Notes under the pieces: model-generated
Told to the model about the DNA's origin: nothing
Database searches by the model: none
The model's input: only the letters and a program-made list of their open reading frames with translations
Made by a program: the position numbers and the translations under genes
Part shown: positions 25,501 through 37,680 of the stretch, in pieces
Position numbering within the stretch: the first letter of the stretch is position 1
How the letters are laid out: each line of letters opens with the position of its first letter
Assembly (NCBI RefSeq): GCF_964204645.1
Contig: NC_134032.1
Location: forward strand, 4,798,175 to 4,862,174
Source of the DNA: Tubulanus polymorphus
Taxonomy: Eukaryota; Animalia; Nemertea
Direction of reading: 5' to 3'
Length of the DNA: 64,000 nucleotides

Positions 25501-28029
25501 CATGTTCGATCTTACTGATATTATAAATTGCATTCAAGATCTGACACCGACTAAAAGGAATATAGTAGGAGTCGCAGCAAGGTTCTTCGACCCATTAGGA
25601 GTAATAGCACCAGCAGTGTTGAAGTTTAAACTGTTATTTCAAGACACATGTAGATCAGAAATCGGCTGGGATGAAATCGTAGACGCTGATTTAGAACGGC
25701 AATGGAAGCAAATTGTTGAGGATATGAAGAATTTTGAGACAATCCATCTGACAAGATGCTATTCAGCTGGGTTGAATGGTGGACTTGATTCATTTGAACT
25801 CCATGGCTTCTGTGACGCTTCATGTAAGGCCTACGGGGCAGTGATATACTTAGTAGCTCGATCAGAAGATAAGTCGAACTCAAGTTTTGTAGTATCCAAG
25901 ACCAAAGTGGCACCAACTAAACAAGTATCCATCCCACGACTAGAGTTGCTGTCTGCAGTTACACTGGCCAAACTAATGAAGGTTGTTTATGATGAATTAT
26001 CATTGGTGACAACAATCGATGAAGTATACTGTTGGACCGACTCTAAGGTGGCTCTAGCTTGGATTAAGGGAGTGACAAAAGACTGGAAACAATTCGTTGA
26101 AAATAGAGTTCGAGTGATAAGAAAATTGATTAAACCTGAAGCATGGCGACACTGTGCTGGTATTAAAAATCCAGCTGACATTCCATCTAGAGGTATAAGA
26201 TTCAGTGAACTAAGCTCTGACAAAATGTGGCTCACCGGACCAGATTGGTTGCTAAAGAAGTCGCTACCAAGTAAGATTGAAAAAATTGATGACGCTTTGC
26301 CTGAAGAATGTTTAGTAGAGTTGAAAATTGCTCAGCGTAATCTAATTTCATCTACATCAATGATGTGTCTTGAAGTCGGTACTGTCTCAGAAAGAGAGAT
26401 AGTTATAGAAGAAATCATAGACTGTAAGAAATACAGTAGCTTTACAAAACTAGTAATGGTGACTTCTGCAGGAATGAAGGCATTTAAAGTTTGGAGAAGA
26501 AAAACCTGTGATTGGGAACTGTCAATAAATGACTAGAATGATGCTGAAAAGTTGTGGTTAACAGTGGTTCAGAAGTGTTTAAATATACATAGACTGTATA
26601 ATGTATGGCGTTTGCAACTTAAGTTATTTGAAGAAGATGGTATTATCAAAAGTGCTGGTAGATTGCAGAATTCTACCTTGAAATCTAGTCAGAAAAATCC
26701 AATCGTCCTCGTAAATCATCATGTCACTGAAATAATCATCTGGGATGCACACGAGAGGGTTATGCACCAGAAGGTGAAAGCTACGCTTGGTGAAGTGCGC
26801 TCCAGATTCTGGATAATTAGAGAAAGACAGATTGTGAAGAAATTGATAGCCAAATGCGATTTATGTAAAAAACTTGATGCATTACCATACAAGCTGCCAC
26901 TACCTCCACCACTTCCTGAATTCAGAGTGACTAGGTCACACCCTTTCGAAACGACTGGTGTAGATTTTGCCGGACCTATGTATGTGAAGGGAAGAAAGAA
27001 GATTTGGATCTGCTTGTTTACTTGTACTACAAGTACAGCTGTTCATCTAGAATTGGTATTAGAGCTTACAACAGACGGTTTTCTACGATGTCTTAGAAGA
27101 TTTGCAGCACGTCGTGGAATGCCTAGAAAAATGATCTCTGACAATGCTAAGACTTATAGGAAAACATCAACAGAGTTAGCAAAATTGTTATCTGACCCGA
27201 GACTCAAGGAATTTGCTCTAAGAAATCGAATTGAATGGATGTTCATTTTGGAGAAAGCCCCATGGTGGGGAGGGTTTTATGAACGCCTAGTTAAGTCGGT
27301 GAAACGTTGTTTGAAGAAGATCCTTGGAGTCACGAAGCTTAGTATTGAAGAATATAATACAGTCCTCACTGAAGTGGAATTAGTTTTGAATTGTAGGCCT
27401 TTGAGCTACATAGCCTCTGATGATTTTGATGAACCTGTTACACCATCACATCTCGTGTATGAAAGACGTCTCATGGGAACACCAGATACCCATCCTTGTT
27501 CTGAAGAATATGTTCCAGAAATGGATAGAAAAGCTATGAGTGGAAGAATGAGACATCTGAAAACGTTGATGGATCACTTTTGGCAAAGATGGTCCAGCGA
27601 ATACTTGCTCGAACTTAGAGAATCTCATCGGCAACAGAATAAAGAAAATTCTGACCGAAGAAAAGTAAAAATTGGTGAAATAGTTCTTGTACACGATGAA
27701 GGGAAGCAGAGAGGTGAATGGAGACAGAGTTAATAACTGGTAGTGATGGCAACCCGAGAGGTGCTGTTTTGAAGTTAGGAGTTCGCGATAAGAAGTCAAC
27801 AACTCTTAGAAGGCCACTCAACTTGCTGTATCCATTAGAAGTTCAAGACTCGCCCGAATTAACCAGGGATGCGCGAGCAGAAAACGTTCGGAGACCTATA
27901 GGCCTAGATGTCGTCACACGTCCATCTGAAGTAGTGTGTCAATCTCGTCCGAAGAGAAAATCAAAAGAAAATGCCGAAAAGCGTTTATCTGGATGGATTA
28001 ACGAACTCGAATTAAGTGACGATTGTTAG
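22523..28029 (+). pseudogene. BEL/Pao gag-pol polyprotein (disrupted)
   Basis: Gag LPKLELKKF, three zinc knuckles, protease LFDTGSQ, RT DIEKAFLQ/YIDD, RNase H GFCDAS, integrase GVDFAGP/SDNA/WWGGFYERLV. Split into 7 ORFs by stops and frameshifts. Confidence 0.93.
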
Positions 28030-29137
28030 TATGTGAACTGACTAACGTTTCTACACAGTGTTGATCGAACCTGTTATTGCGAACTTGCGAATAATGAACA
28101 TTTGTGTTACTGATGGAATCGTAATTGGATACTTGTGAATATATCGACATTTTTGACACTTGCGTGAACAATATCATCGAAACGAATAATGATTTGTGTA
28201 GTGATTAAATATATATATATATATATATATGGGAGGTGAGCCTAGCGCCCTCTCTTTATAGACCGTGAAGGTCTCAGTGATTCGAATGTTACAAGCTTGC
28301 ATTTATCATTTGTGATTAACTCTTCAATTTATGCGATATGCGCTGACATTATTGTGATTAATATCAGAGGAGGTGAGCCTAGCGCCCTCTCTTAATTGAC
28401 CGTGAAGGTCATATGTAATCGGAAATCTACTATTATCAGTTCGATGGTTACTTGGAAAATTAGAACTCTACGTACCCTATAAGTATACGAACTCATCCAG
28501 TTAATGGAATATGAAGTGAACGATTATTTTACATCAGTGAACCAGACTCTAAGTTACTATTCAGCTGTTGCGTATAGACGAGAAGATAACCTTAAATATC
28601 TGGTTGTACCAAGATGCGGTTATCATATTATGCGAAGACTCGGTTAATTTACCTAGAACTTTAACGGAACTTTATCGGTTACGTACTTTTAATTACACGA
28701 AGTGATTCATTAAGATAAACATACAATTTAATATAGTTTGATATAGTTGTATTTTGTTTTAAACGTGCAAAATTATTAAGTGAACTATCTTCATATTATA
28801 GTTGATAAACAGAAGTTAGGTTTAGTTACTTAATACTTTAACTATTATAGAGAAGTTTAGTTGTAGTGAATTTGCTTAACGTTCGAGGTTTTAAGTCCTC
28901 TTTAATTAGTTTAATCATTAAAATAGTTAATTATATATTAGCTGAATATTTTATATAATTTTCTTTGAGAAACTAATTGTAACTTAACTCAGTCTAATCT
29001 AGGGATAAGTAGGATTGCTATAAACTTTTAGAGATTTTATTGATTGTTTCTGAATCTATTTTTGACTTGATTAGAGAATTTATTTAGATAACTTAGATTA
29101 ATTTAATTTTGGAACAGTATTGTCCCAAGATGGGAAG

Positions 29138-29327
29138 TGTAAGAAATGTTTGAAAATTAATAATGTTAAACTGTGTACTACACGGTAGCGCCATCTGCCG
29201 TCTAGTGTTCGAAATAAAGATGGAGAAATCCCACCAACAGAAAATATGATCGTCCGAGTGTGATGCTTTTTTAAAACCAATCGGAGAAGGGGAACTCGCT
29301 TATAAATACCAGCAAAAGAACAGTACA
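29138..29327 (+). repeat. 3' LTR
   Basis: Direct repeat of 22197-22386. Confidence 0.95.
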
Positions 29328-30078
29328 CAAACACTTAACTTTACATAATATATTTGAGTACCTGTGATTTGCTGAAATGATAAACCAGTAACCCCTCGCA
29401 CCCAAAAGCAATCCATGTGCTCTAACAACTGGAAGGAATTAATTAGCATATATATAAACAAAAATATATATTTCAAAATTGATATTGTAAACTGTCAATT
29501 CAAAACATTTTTTCCTCCCATTATTGGAAATAAAAGAAACAACACATGCGATATGTGCAAAAACTGCTTGCATTTAAAAATGAATAGACACTAGTAGAAT
29601 AACCGACTATCATTGGCTCCTATTTTAGTTTCAGACTCGTGTGCATTTTATTCTCAGTGCACAGCGTCTCTTATGTTTGTTCATTTACTTTTTTTCAGCT
29701 ACTTGAAGAATCAAACTCAGTTATAGATCTTTACAACTATTCGACGTATTCTTCGATTTCAGAGGTATGCATGGATTCTTAAATTTTGTCTGCTCGGAAA
29801 AAAATTGCAACTTTAGATGACTGCCTTGTTCACATTATGAACCTAGAACATGTCATAAATGTATCTGTGAAAATATGAATTATGTATAAATCTTCCAGAT
29901 AATAATTGATATTCAGTGCTCAGTGGAGGAATCTATTTAACCATTACCCATCTGTGGGCCTCAATTTGAGCTTGACTCAGTCACAGCAATTTTTAAGTGT
30001 CATATATAACAGTGACTCTCCTTTTGGCACTTTACCCCTTTGTCTCTCTATATTTATATATTATATTTCAAATTCAGA

Positions 30079-32579
30079 ATGACTCATTATTGTCTAATGC
30101 TGACGTGAACAGATCCAGTTAAAAAATCGTTAAGTTTAAAGACCGAAAGATCGGAGTGAAAGAGGGATCGTGTTATGATGATTTTGTTAGGAATGGTAAG
30201 TAACCGATTTTGCAAAAAGTGAATTTAGTAAATTCAAGTAAATTTTACTTTTTGGCATTTATAAGAATTCTTCACTATCATAGATTAATTTGCGCATGTT
30301 TTTTTTCTTGCGTGATCAGAATATAGCTTTTAGTTCAGGGAATCTTCAAATCCAGAGATTGTGTATAAGAATGTGATTCATGATGCAAAAATTCATAGGC
30401 CTAGCCACTCAATTCTTAATTTTCAGTATCTCTGAAACTGATGATAGATGCTGATAAATTTAAGTTAACATATGATGGTATTGATGTTGATGAGGACATT
30501 TGGGATGAAATACCTCACAGATCTGAAATCAATGTTATTTATGATACGAGTGGTAGGTATTATGCCCATTTTCTTGTTGTGTTGAGGTATACACATTCTG
30601 TCTGAGAGTGTAGGGATTCTGTATTTTGATGCTTATGTTTGAATTTTTTTCAGAATTCACATTTCTTTCACCAGTGCCAAGACAATCCAGTACACCTTGT
30701 TACCAATCTGATTGTGCTCAGCCGTTATCCAGAGCACAAATCCCATCGTTAAGTTCTTCATCTTCCGTTTCTACCATTCCAGTTACCGCCAGCTCTTCTC
30801 AAAGTTACTTGCCTTCTGTACCTTTATTAGAAAATCGATTTCAAATTCCTTCACAAAAATTCCCTATCACATTAATTAAGGAGTTAGAAAGTGGCGCAAG
30901 ATTAGATAGAGAAAACAAATCGTTAATGCTCAAAATAACTTATGAGGAACTTAAGGCAATTAACGATAAACCCGGAACTACTGAGTTTCGTAAGGTAGCA
31001 GACATGTTGATCGATAAATACAGTCATTCATTTGAGTGTCGACTTGGGGATCAACTGATTAACGACGGAAAATGGGCTATAATAACTGGATTCGAATCAT
31101 ACAGGGACCAGGAAACAAAATTAAACAAAAAACGTAAACCATGTTCTGTTGAAGATAACAGGAATTTCAAATTGGGTAAAATCGACCTTGAATCACAAGT
31201 AAGTGATCACCCAAACCGGGAAATATTAGCTAAGATGTACATTGAGGGACACAAACAATCGGATGAGATTCTTCCTTTAGTAGAGGACTGCTTTTCGGTT
31301 ATCCGAGATGAAGTATTACGTGAGAAAGATGTGAAAAAACATCTTGAAAGATGGCCACATGTTTTCAAAGAAATTGTGTACTTCCTTTAGTTCTGCGAAT
31401 ATATCACTCATGTGGACTTTGACACAGTAAAAGTTCATCTACAGCAGAGACTCGACCTTTTAGTGAATTATGTGGAATCCAAATACAAGAAGAAGCTAAC
31501 ATCAAAACCTGCAGATGATTGTTTCAAAGTATTGACAGACTATTTCAAAGAAGACGCTGGGAATGTTGAAATAAAACATAACGAAGAGCAGGAACCAGAT
31601 ATGGCAGCATACCCACCTGTGCCTCTCATCATCGTTTTCGGTAAGTGTCAGTGTAAAAGTGAATAATTGTATCTGAATAGACCATTCTTCGATGTCTGTT
31701 TACTCTTCTTGTGATAATCTACATTCATTTTTAAGGGTTTTGTGAGGAGATAGAAATTGAATTAATTAGATTGGTCTGCTCTAGATGCTAATAATCAATG
31801 TTTTCTTTCCTTACGATAATGCCCTTACTTTTAACGGTTTTTTCTACGGCTACTGTCATTCCTTCTGAAACAAGTTTTTCGTTTTAACATGGTCTTTACC
31901 GTTTTAACGCCCTGTTAAAACCAGTTTTTCAATTAAAACCTAATTTGAAAACTGGTCTTAACGATGCAGTTAAACGAACTACTTGTTTTAACGTAGTTAA
32001 AATGAAAAAAATGTTGGTGGAAATCGAATGTCATTTTTTCTTTTATTTTTTGAAGTGTCCCCAATCAGCCAGTGTTCTCCATGTGCTGGAATTTCAAAGG
32101 TGCTGCATTCATTGTTAAGTGAAGTAGCAAGACTCGATCCCCCAAAAATACAAACGCTAAAGCTTAATTTTGAATTAATATTTCTTCAATCATCACATTA
32201 GCACAATGATAGAGGGGTGGATGTAAAATAAAAAATTGGCCACCCCTCTGAAACCAGTTTTGGAGAACACTGAGCACTTAAATCTGATTTCAGTGAATTC
32301 TACTTTTTAATCTTTTGTTTTTCAGCAAATGTCGATGCAACTCAATATGTTATAACAATGGATGGAGTTGTTCTCTTCAAAGTCAGCGATCGGCTGTTGG
32401 CCTTAGAGTTGTTGTTTGCAACATATTTTGTGTTCCACAAAAGATATCCTAAAACTGCTGAAAATACGCTTGAATTCTTTCAGAGATTTCTGATCAAGTT
32501 TGACCCACCGGGCCGTGCAAAACCCAAAGCTGTTAAATTAGCCGACAATTTGGGAAAATTTCTTATTCAGCAATATTGA
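30079..32579 (+). pseudogene. EnSpm second gene (SAMD3-like C-terminal domain), spliced
   Basis: Putative exons ~30079-30195, 30427-30552, 30654-31640 and 32326-32579. C-terminal ALELLFATYFVFHKRYP...TLEFFQRFL motif; premature stop at 31388. Confidence 0.65.
32070..32272. mobile_element. hAT-like MITE
   Basis: 12-bp perfect TIR CAGTGTTCTCCA/TGGAGAACACTG; no 8-bp TSD recognisable. Confidence 0.55.
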
Positions 32580-34052
32580 TAAACAGTATTTGATTGTGTT
32601 AAATGATATTATTTACAATCCTGTATACGGTATTATGGCCATCTAATCACATGTGATAGTATATATTGCTTTGGATCGTATACTAGATAGTAAATAATAT
32701 TTAGCGCTGATTTTGAAGTTCCAAGACTTTCGAGGCAACCAATTGATGGATTATATGTTCTTAGTGTCATTCTAATGACTACGTTATGTGTTAGGACTAC
32801 TGGCTAAGAATTAAGCCTAGTTTGCATATCACATCATGACCTGTCAACGTGGCATTTAGATGTTATGTTTTTAGTTTGGGAAGTGAGCCTAATTTGTATG
32901 AAATTTATTTTTTCATTCTGTAATTACTATGTGTTATGATGTTAAATCAGTGCACTTTTTAAAGTTTTACTTAATTATTATTTTCTACAGCATTTTTTAT
33001 GGTACAAGGCTATTCTTAGAGAGTGCTATGAGTCCATGTAGTTAAGTTATACATGTACATGTAATTTTGTACCAAGGGTTTTATCATTTAATCGTAAATG
33101 TATCCGTAATTAATTTTCTAGTTTCATTCAATTTTCAGAGAATAATCGGTCTCATGTAGCATAGTTATAATTCTTTTTATGGAATGTCATCCCTAACCTT
33201 TGTAAAGCCAAGCAAATCAGGGATGATAATACGTATTACCTCACTTATGATTGATATTCTGAGATATTCTTAGATCTTATCATCAATGAAATTACGCTCA
33301 TCCAGTTTAAGGTGTGACTAACCTTTACATATAGAATACTACCTTGTGAAACTGTGTTAGTTGGAATGGAATGGGGTCCCACATTTTAAACGTAAATCGC
33401 CATACAGTTGTATTTCTTTATTTTTCCATGATCTGGTCAATTAGTGGACGTAGCAAATACATCATAATTTGAAAAAACGTACTTTTCCTATATACATTAT
33501 ATTATATGCGATAATGATATTCTTTTTGTTAATCAGTTTTGTTAATCAGTTTAGTTTAAATCGTTAAAAATACATTCCAGTTTGTAATAAAAATTGAATA
33601 CTGACTTATTTATGAAGGATTTAGGAGGCAAAATTGAGGACGCGGAAGTGTGCGTTTTTATACGGATGACCAATATGGTTGCCGTAGAAAAACGGATTCT
33701 GCCGTAATTTATCGCCAGGTTTTCTGTTTCGAGATGGCTGCCCACGCCGTATATTAACGGGTCCGATCGTCATTCGACGGAATATTGTCGGAGAAAACAG
33801 GAAAAATCGCCGTCATCAAACGGTTGCTACCGTTTTAAAATGGATTTCTGTCGCTATTTATCGGTTAGTATACCGTCTTAAGACGTCTGCACGACCTTTT
33901 TAAACGGTCAAAGTGCCCGTTATTTGTCCGAAATCTGCCGTCTTAAAACAGTGAGGGATACCGCATAAAAACGGAACTAAAACGGTAGAATTTCCGTGTT
34001 ACATTGCTGCATAGATTTTCACCGTTATTATACGGAAATATTTTTTACAGTG

Positions 34053-34531
34053 TAGGAAATCTTTACCAGGGGATCTTTTTTGAACGGATGAAGGTATTTT
34101 GAAGGAAATATTCTGGGGGATTTTTAATGGTCATATCTAGCTACGGTAGATACTTTTCTCATTGGTTATTATTTATCCCATAGAGCAAACATTGGAACCT
34201 AATGTTATTGAACATATAGCTCCCGGCCCTCCCTGCATTTATACATCGAGAAATCCAACTCGATTATGATAGGCTTTTTATCATGGTGTAATATAACTTG
34301 TGCAACATGACGTCACTGAGTCATTACGTTAATTGTGAGGTGTTTATACATAATAGTTTCATGAGGAATTCATATGGTGGGATCATAATCGGGAAAGATC
34401 TGCCTTAAACACTTTATCGCCTTAGGGAGTTTGAGCTTCTCGATAAAATTCCCCAAAAATAATTCAAAATCACCCTATCCACTATCTGAAGGCCATTCAA
34501 AGCAATATATTTGGTCAATTCTTTTTGAATT
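34053..34531 (-). repeat. Inverted copy of the 4385-6040 repeat, right part
   Basis: Reverse-complement similarity to 4385-5120. Confidence 0.75.
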
Positions 34532-37194
34532 AGAAATGATGGATTATCAAACAACTATGAACTCTCACAACGCCACATGTCTTTGATAATCTACAGTGAA
34601 AACCTGGAATTAAATGAAATAAATCTTAAAATTCCGATTTGAACCCAACGTAGGCCCTCTCTCTACTTGTAGGCCTAAGATCTTGAAAAAGGATAAATAA
34701 TGTTATGATGAAAGAGGCATAATGGTTCGGAAAAAATTGAATTCAATATGGCTCTTGGCCCGGCAAAGTTTGCTTTTGAAATATCCTTTTGATTAGGCCT
34801 AGTTACACATTTTAAAAGCAGATTTCATTTTGCATCAAACTAAAAGCGGCTTTGTTGAGGAAAAGATTCGTTTGAGTCGTAAAATTTATAGCCTTGAACC
34901 AATTTCTTCGTCAAAGCGTGATGCACAATTTTGACTAGGTCTTATTTCCACGTGGTAGTGGACAGAAAATTTGAATAGGCCTAAATAATAGAATAATCTT
35001 TCTTAGGTTTCATGATAAAGATGCAGCATTAACATAGATTAATGCTTATCTTTTACAATTAGGCTTATGTTTCAAAGGAAAACGCCCACAGTTGGTCGAA
35101 CAGGGGTTAGGCATTGATGGTAGAGGGGCTGTGTGTGTGAAACAGAGAGATAAAAATGCACGGGAACGAGTTTGTCGAGTGGAGCTTATTATTCCATCAG
35201 GGATAGTGATTAGTGTACTATAGTCATGTTATATATCAAAATGTTCCTTATTAGTTCCGCTGCATCGCTAAAAACAAATTGAGATAGGTTTCCCTGCATT
35301 TTCTTACATATTACATCACTTACAACGATAAACGTCCGTCGCCGACTGAAAAATTCGCCACCGCACCAATTCAAATTGGATCGGAAACCCTCCAGCGATG
35401 CACTCTATGATCTTTAGAACCTGTCTTTGCTGACTGGGAATAAGATATTTCTCAGCGCGAAGGGGGCGGGGCGCAGCGTCACCAGATCCCGCTCCGCGAG
35501 GAAGCTAGATTTTCAAAGAAATGAGTGCACGCGACGGCCGTGACCACTTGTTAGTGACGTCATCAAGAATGATGGCTCCGAGGATCGCCACATCACAGGT
35601 TACTGTGAATAAATGGGATTCGACCATTCAAAAGTTCAAAATGTACTTTCTTGTTTTGTAAAACAAATTTATTCATGTCGTTATATAAAGCATTTTGTTT
35701 GAAACATTCTTTAATAATGTTTGTTGAGTTTAAAGCCAATTGTCGTTGTGTAATTCGATACTGGTCACTGACATCAAAGTTTTAGTTTCTGTTCACATCA
35801 CTCCATTAGTTTAAAAAGAGAGCACATATTTCGATATTGTTAAATAATTAACTACATTTTTTTCTGTCACACGTTGATTTTTACCCATCACCTATAAAAT
35901 TCAAATGTACGTGATGTATTTTGTAAGGTATGTAAGCTTGTTCTTAAAAATACACTATGAATTTTCAATTTGTACTGACCATAATAGTTTATTTTTCGTA
36001 AATAAAATTTATATTTTAATTAAATAATTTCAAAATCTTTTCTATGCCCTCTGCAACAGAAAGTTACTAAGGACTATTACATATTCAGATGTACGTTGAT
36101 AATTTATTTCAATCCTCCCTTCAAATAATTATATGAACATTATTTCTGAAGATGCAGGTGGCGCACAATCATAATACATACAACTCATCAAGCTGACGAG
36201 TCTTTTCCGTAACCAATGTTACAGACGGGTAACCAATCTACTCGACTCCGCGGACAATAAACGACCCGAGTAACCCCCAATTTGACTATAACTATAAATT
36301 ACGTTATGTTAAGCCGCATTGGTGTGACTTGACACGTCAAATGCGTAACCCGTATTGATATATTTCTATTATCCACTTTTCAAACTATGAATAGCACGCC
36401 TGCTCAGAAAACCCGTTATCGCTGCTTTGCAGCTATATTTATTACTTTTTTTCCCTTTTCCACATAGTTTTTGTTTAAAGTGTAAAGGCTTCCTTACCTT
36501 ACTGCTGTCGCCGATACAATCCGTATGATATCCTTCAGCTCACTTCAATCTCCAGATACTGCGTGGGAATTTTGATAAATCCACGTTATAAAGGCACCGT
36601 CGAGCCGTAAACATCGGAAATTTGGCTCCGTTCAATTAGTAGCCATGTTGTGTTTTCTTTCCGATATTTCTCTCTTCTTTTCGAGGAAGAGCTATCAAAT
36701 TATTCCCTCTCTTCTCCACAATCAATTTCAAAGTCAATTTTATGAATTTATTGCTCAGCGGGTCCGAGTCCAATAGTTTACGAGTCCGGCGTTCGCGTGT
36801 CTGACAGGTTTACGGGCATTTGTTTGTTACCTCTTTAATATTTTTGATTTCTTGTTATTCCGGTTATTTTATTTAAGTATATTGCTGATCAGTTCATGTA
36901 ACCAAAGCGTCAATTAACAGATTTTGAATTGATCAAGTTTAAATCAAGATCGTTGAGTTGCGGAAGGCTACTAGAATTACGTTCGTCTCAGAGAGAAAAC
37001 AAACGACAGAAAAGTATCAGGTGATTATCGATAGCCTACTACGGTACACACAGTTGACAAACAGTGTTAGGCCTGTGCTGGTTGGTGCGTACTGGGACTA
37101 AATATACTGGTTGGTCAGTTGGTTCGGTTGTGAATTGTGGAAGTTAAGAAAGCCTACCGCAGTACCGGTTTTTATTTGTCTATAGGCCTATTAT

Positions 37195-37680
37195 ATAGTA
37201 GCCAATACCATTTTTAGTACGTAGTTGTTACTCGTACGTGACTGTATGGTGATCTCCACAGGTTAACCGTACGTGAGTTCCCTAATAACGCCGTACGTGA
37301 GTTCTTAGTAGCCAATACCATTTTTAAGTATGAAGTTGTTACCCGTACGTGACTGTACGGTAATATCCACAGGTTAACCGTACGTGACTTCCCTAAAAAC
37401 GCCGTACTGAGTTCCTATAATCTGCAAACGCGCATGCGTGAAAGAATAGAGTTCGGGTTAGGTGAGGCTAGGCTATTCGTAAATCAAATTTCATCCACCC
37501 TGCAGGTACGTTCTGTGGCACAGTGGGTAAATCACTGGACTACAACTGGATTTTTTTTCGTTTGGTTTCGAATCCCAATATTGCAAGTCTGAGCGTCAAC
37601 ATACTCACATACGGCTAACCTGTAGAAATTACCGTACAGTCACGTACAGGTAACAACAGCGTTTTAAGTGAGTACGACAA
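37195..37680. mobile_element. MITE-like element with a duplicated left arm and a central tRNA-like sequence
   Basis: ~110-bp tandem duplication (37195-37415), inverted arm at ~37600-37660, A-box TGGCACAGTGG and B-box GTTTCGAATCC at 37516-37576. Confidence 0.55.

Larger units (their letters stand above)
22197..29327 (+). mobile_element. Full-length BEL/Pao LTR retrotransposon
   Basis: 190-bp TG...CA LTRs, 5-bp TSD CAAAC (22192-22196; 29328-29332), PBS, PPT (AAGATGGGAAG), domain order gag-PR-RT-RH-IN. Confidence 0.95.
16975..34052 (+). mobile_element. EnSpm/CACTA (CMC superfamily) DNA transposon, animal type, two genes
   Basis: Termini CACTGTAAAAAA...TTTTTTACAGTG, 2-bp TSD TA, short-repeat-rich subterminal regions, transposase plus a second gene; the interrupted host repeat resumes after 34052. 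Confidence 0.9.

Noticed and set aside
37510-37576. tRNA gene
   Set aside because: Only A/B boxes are present; it cannot form a cloverleaf and contains an internal T-run
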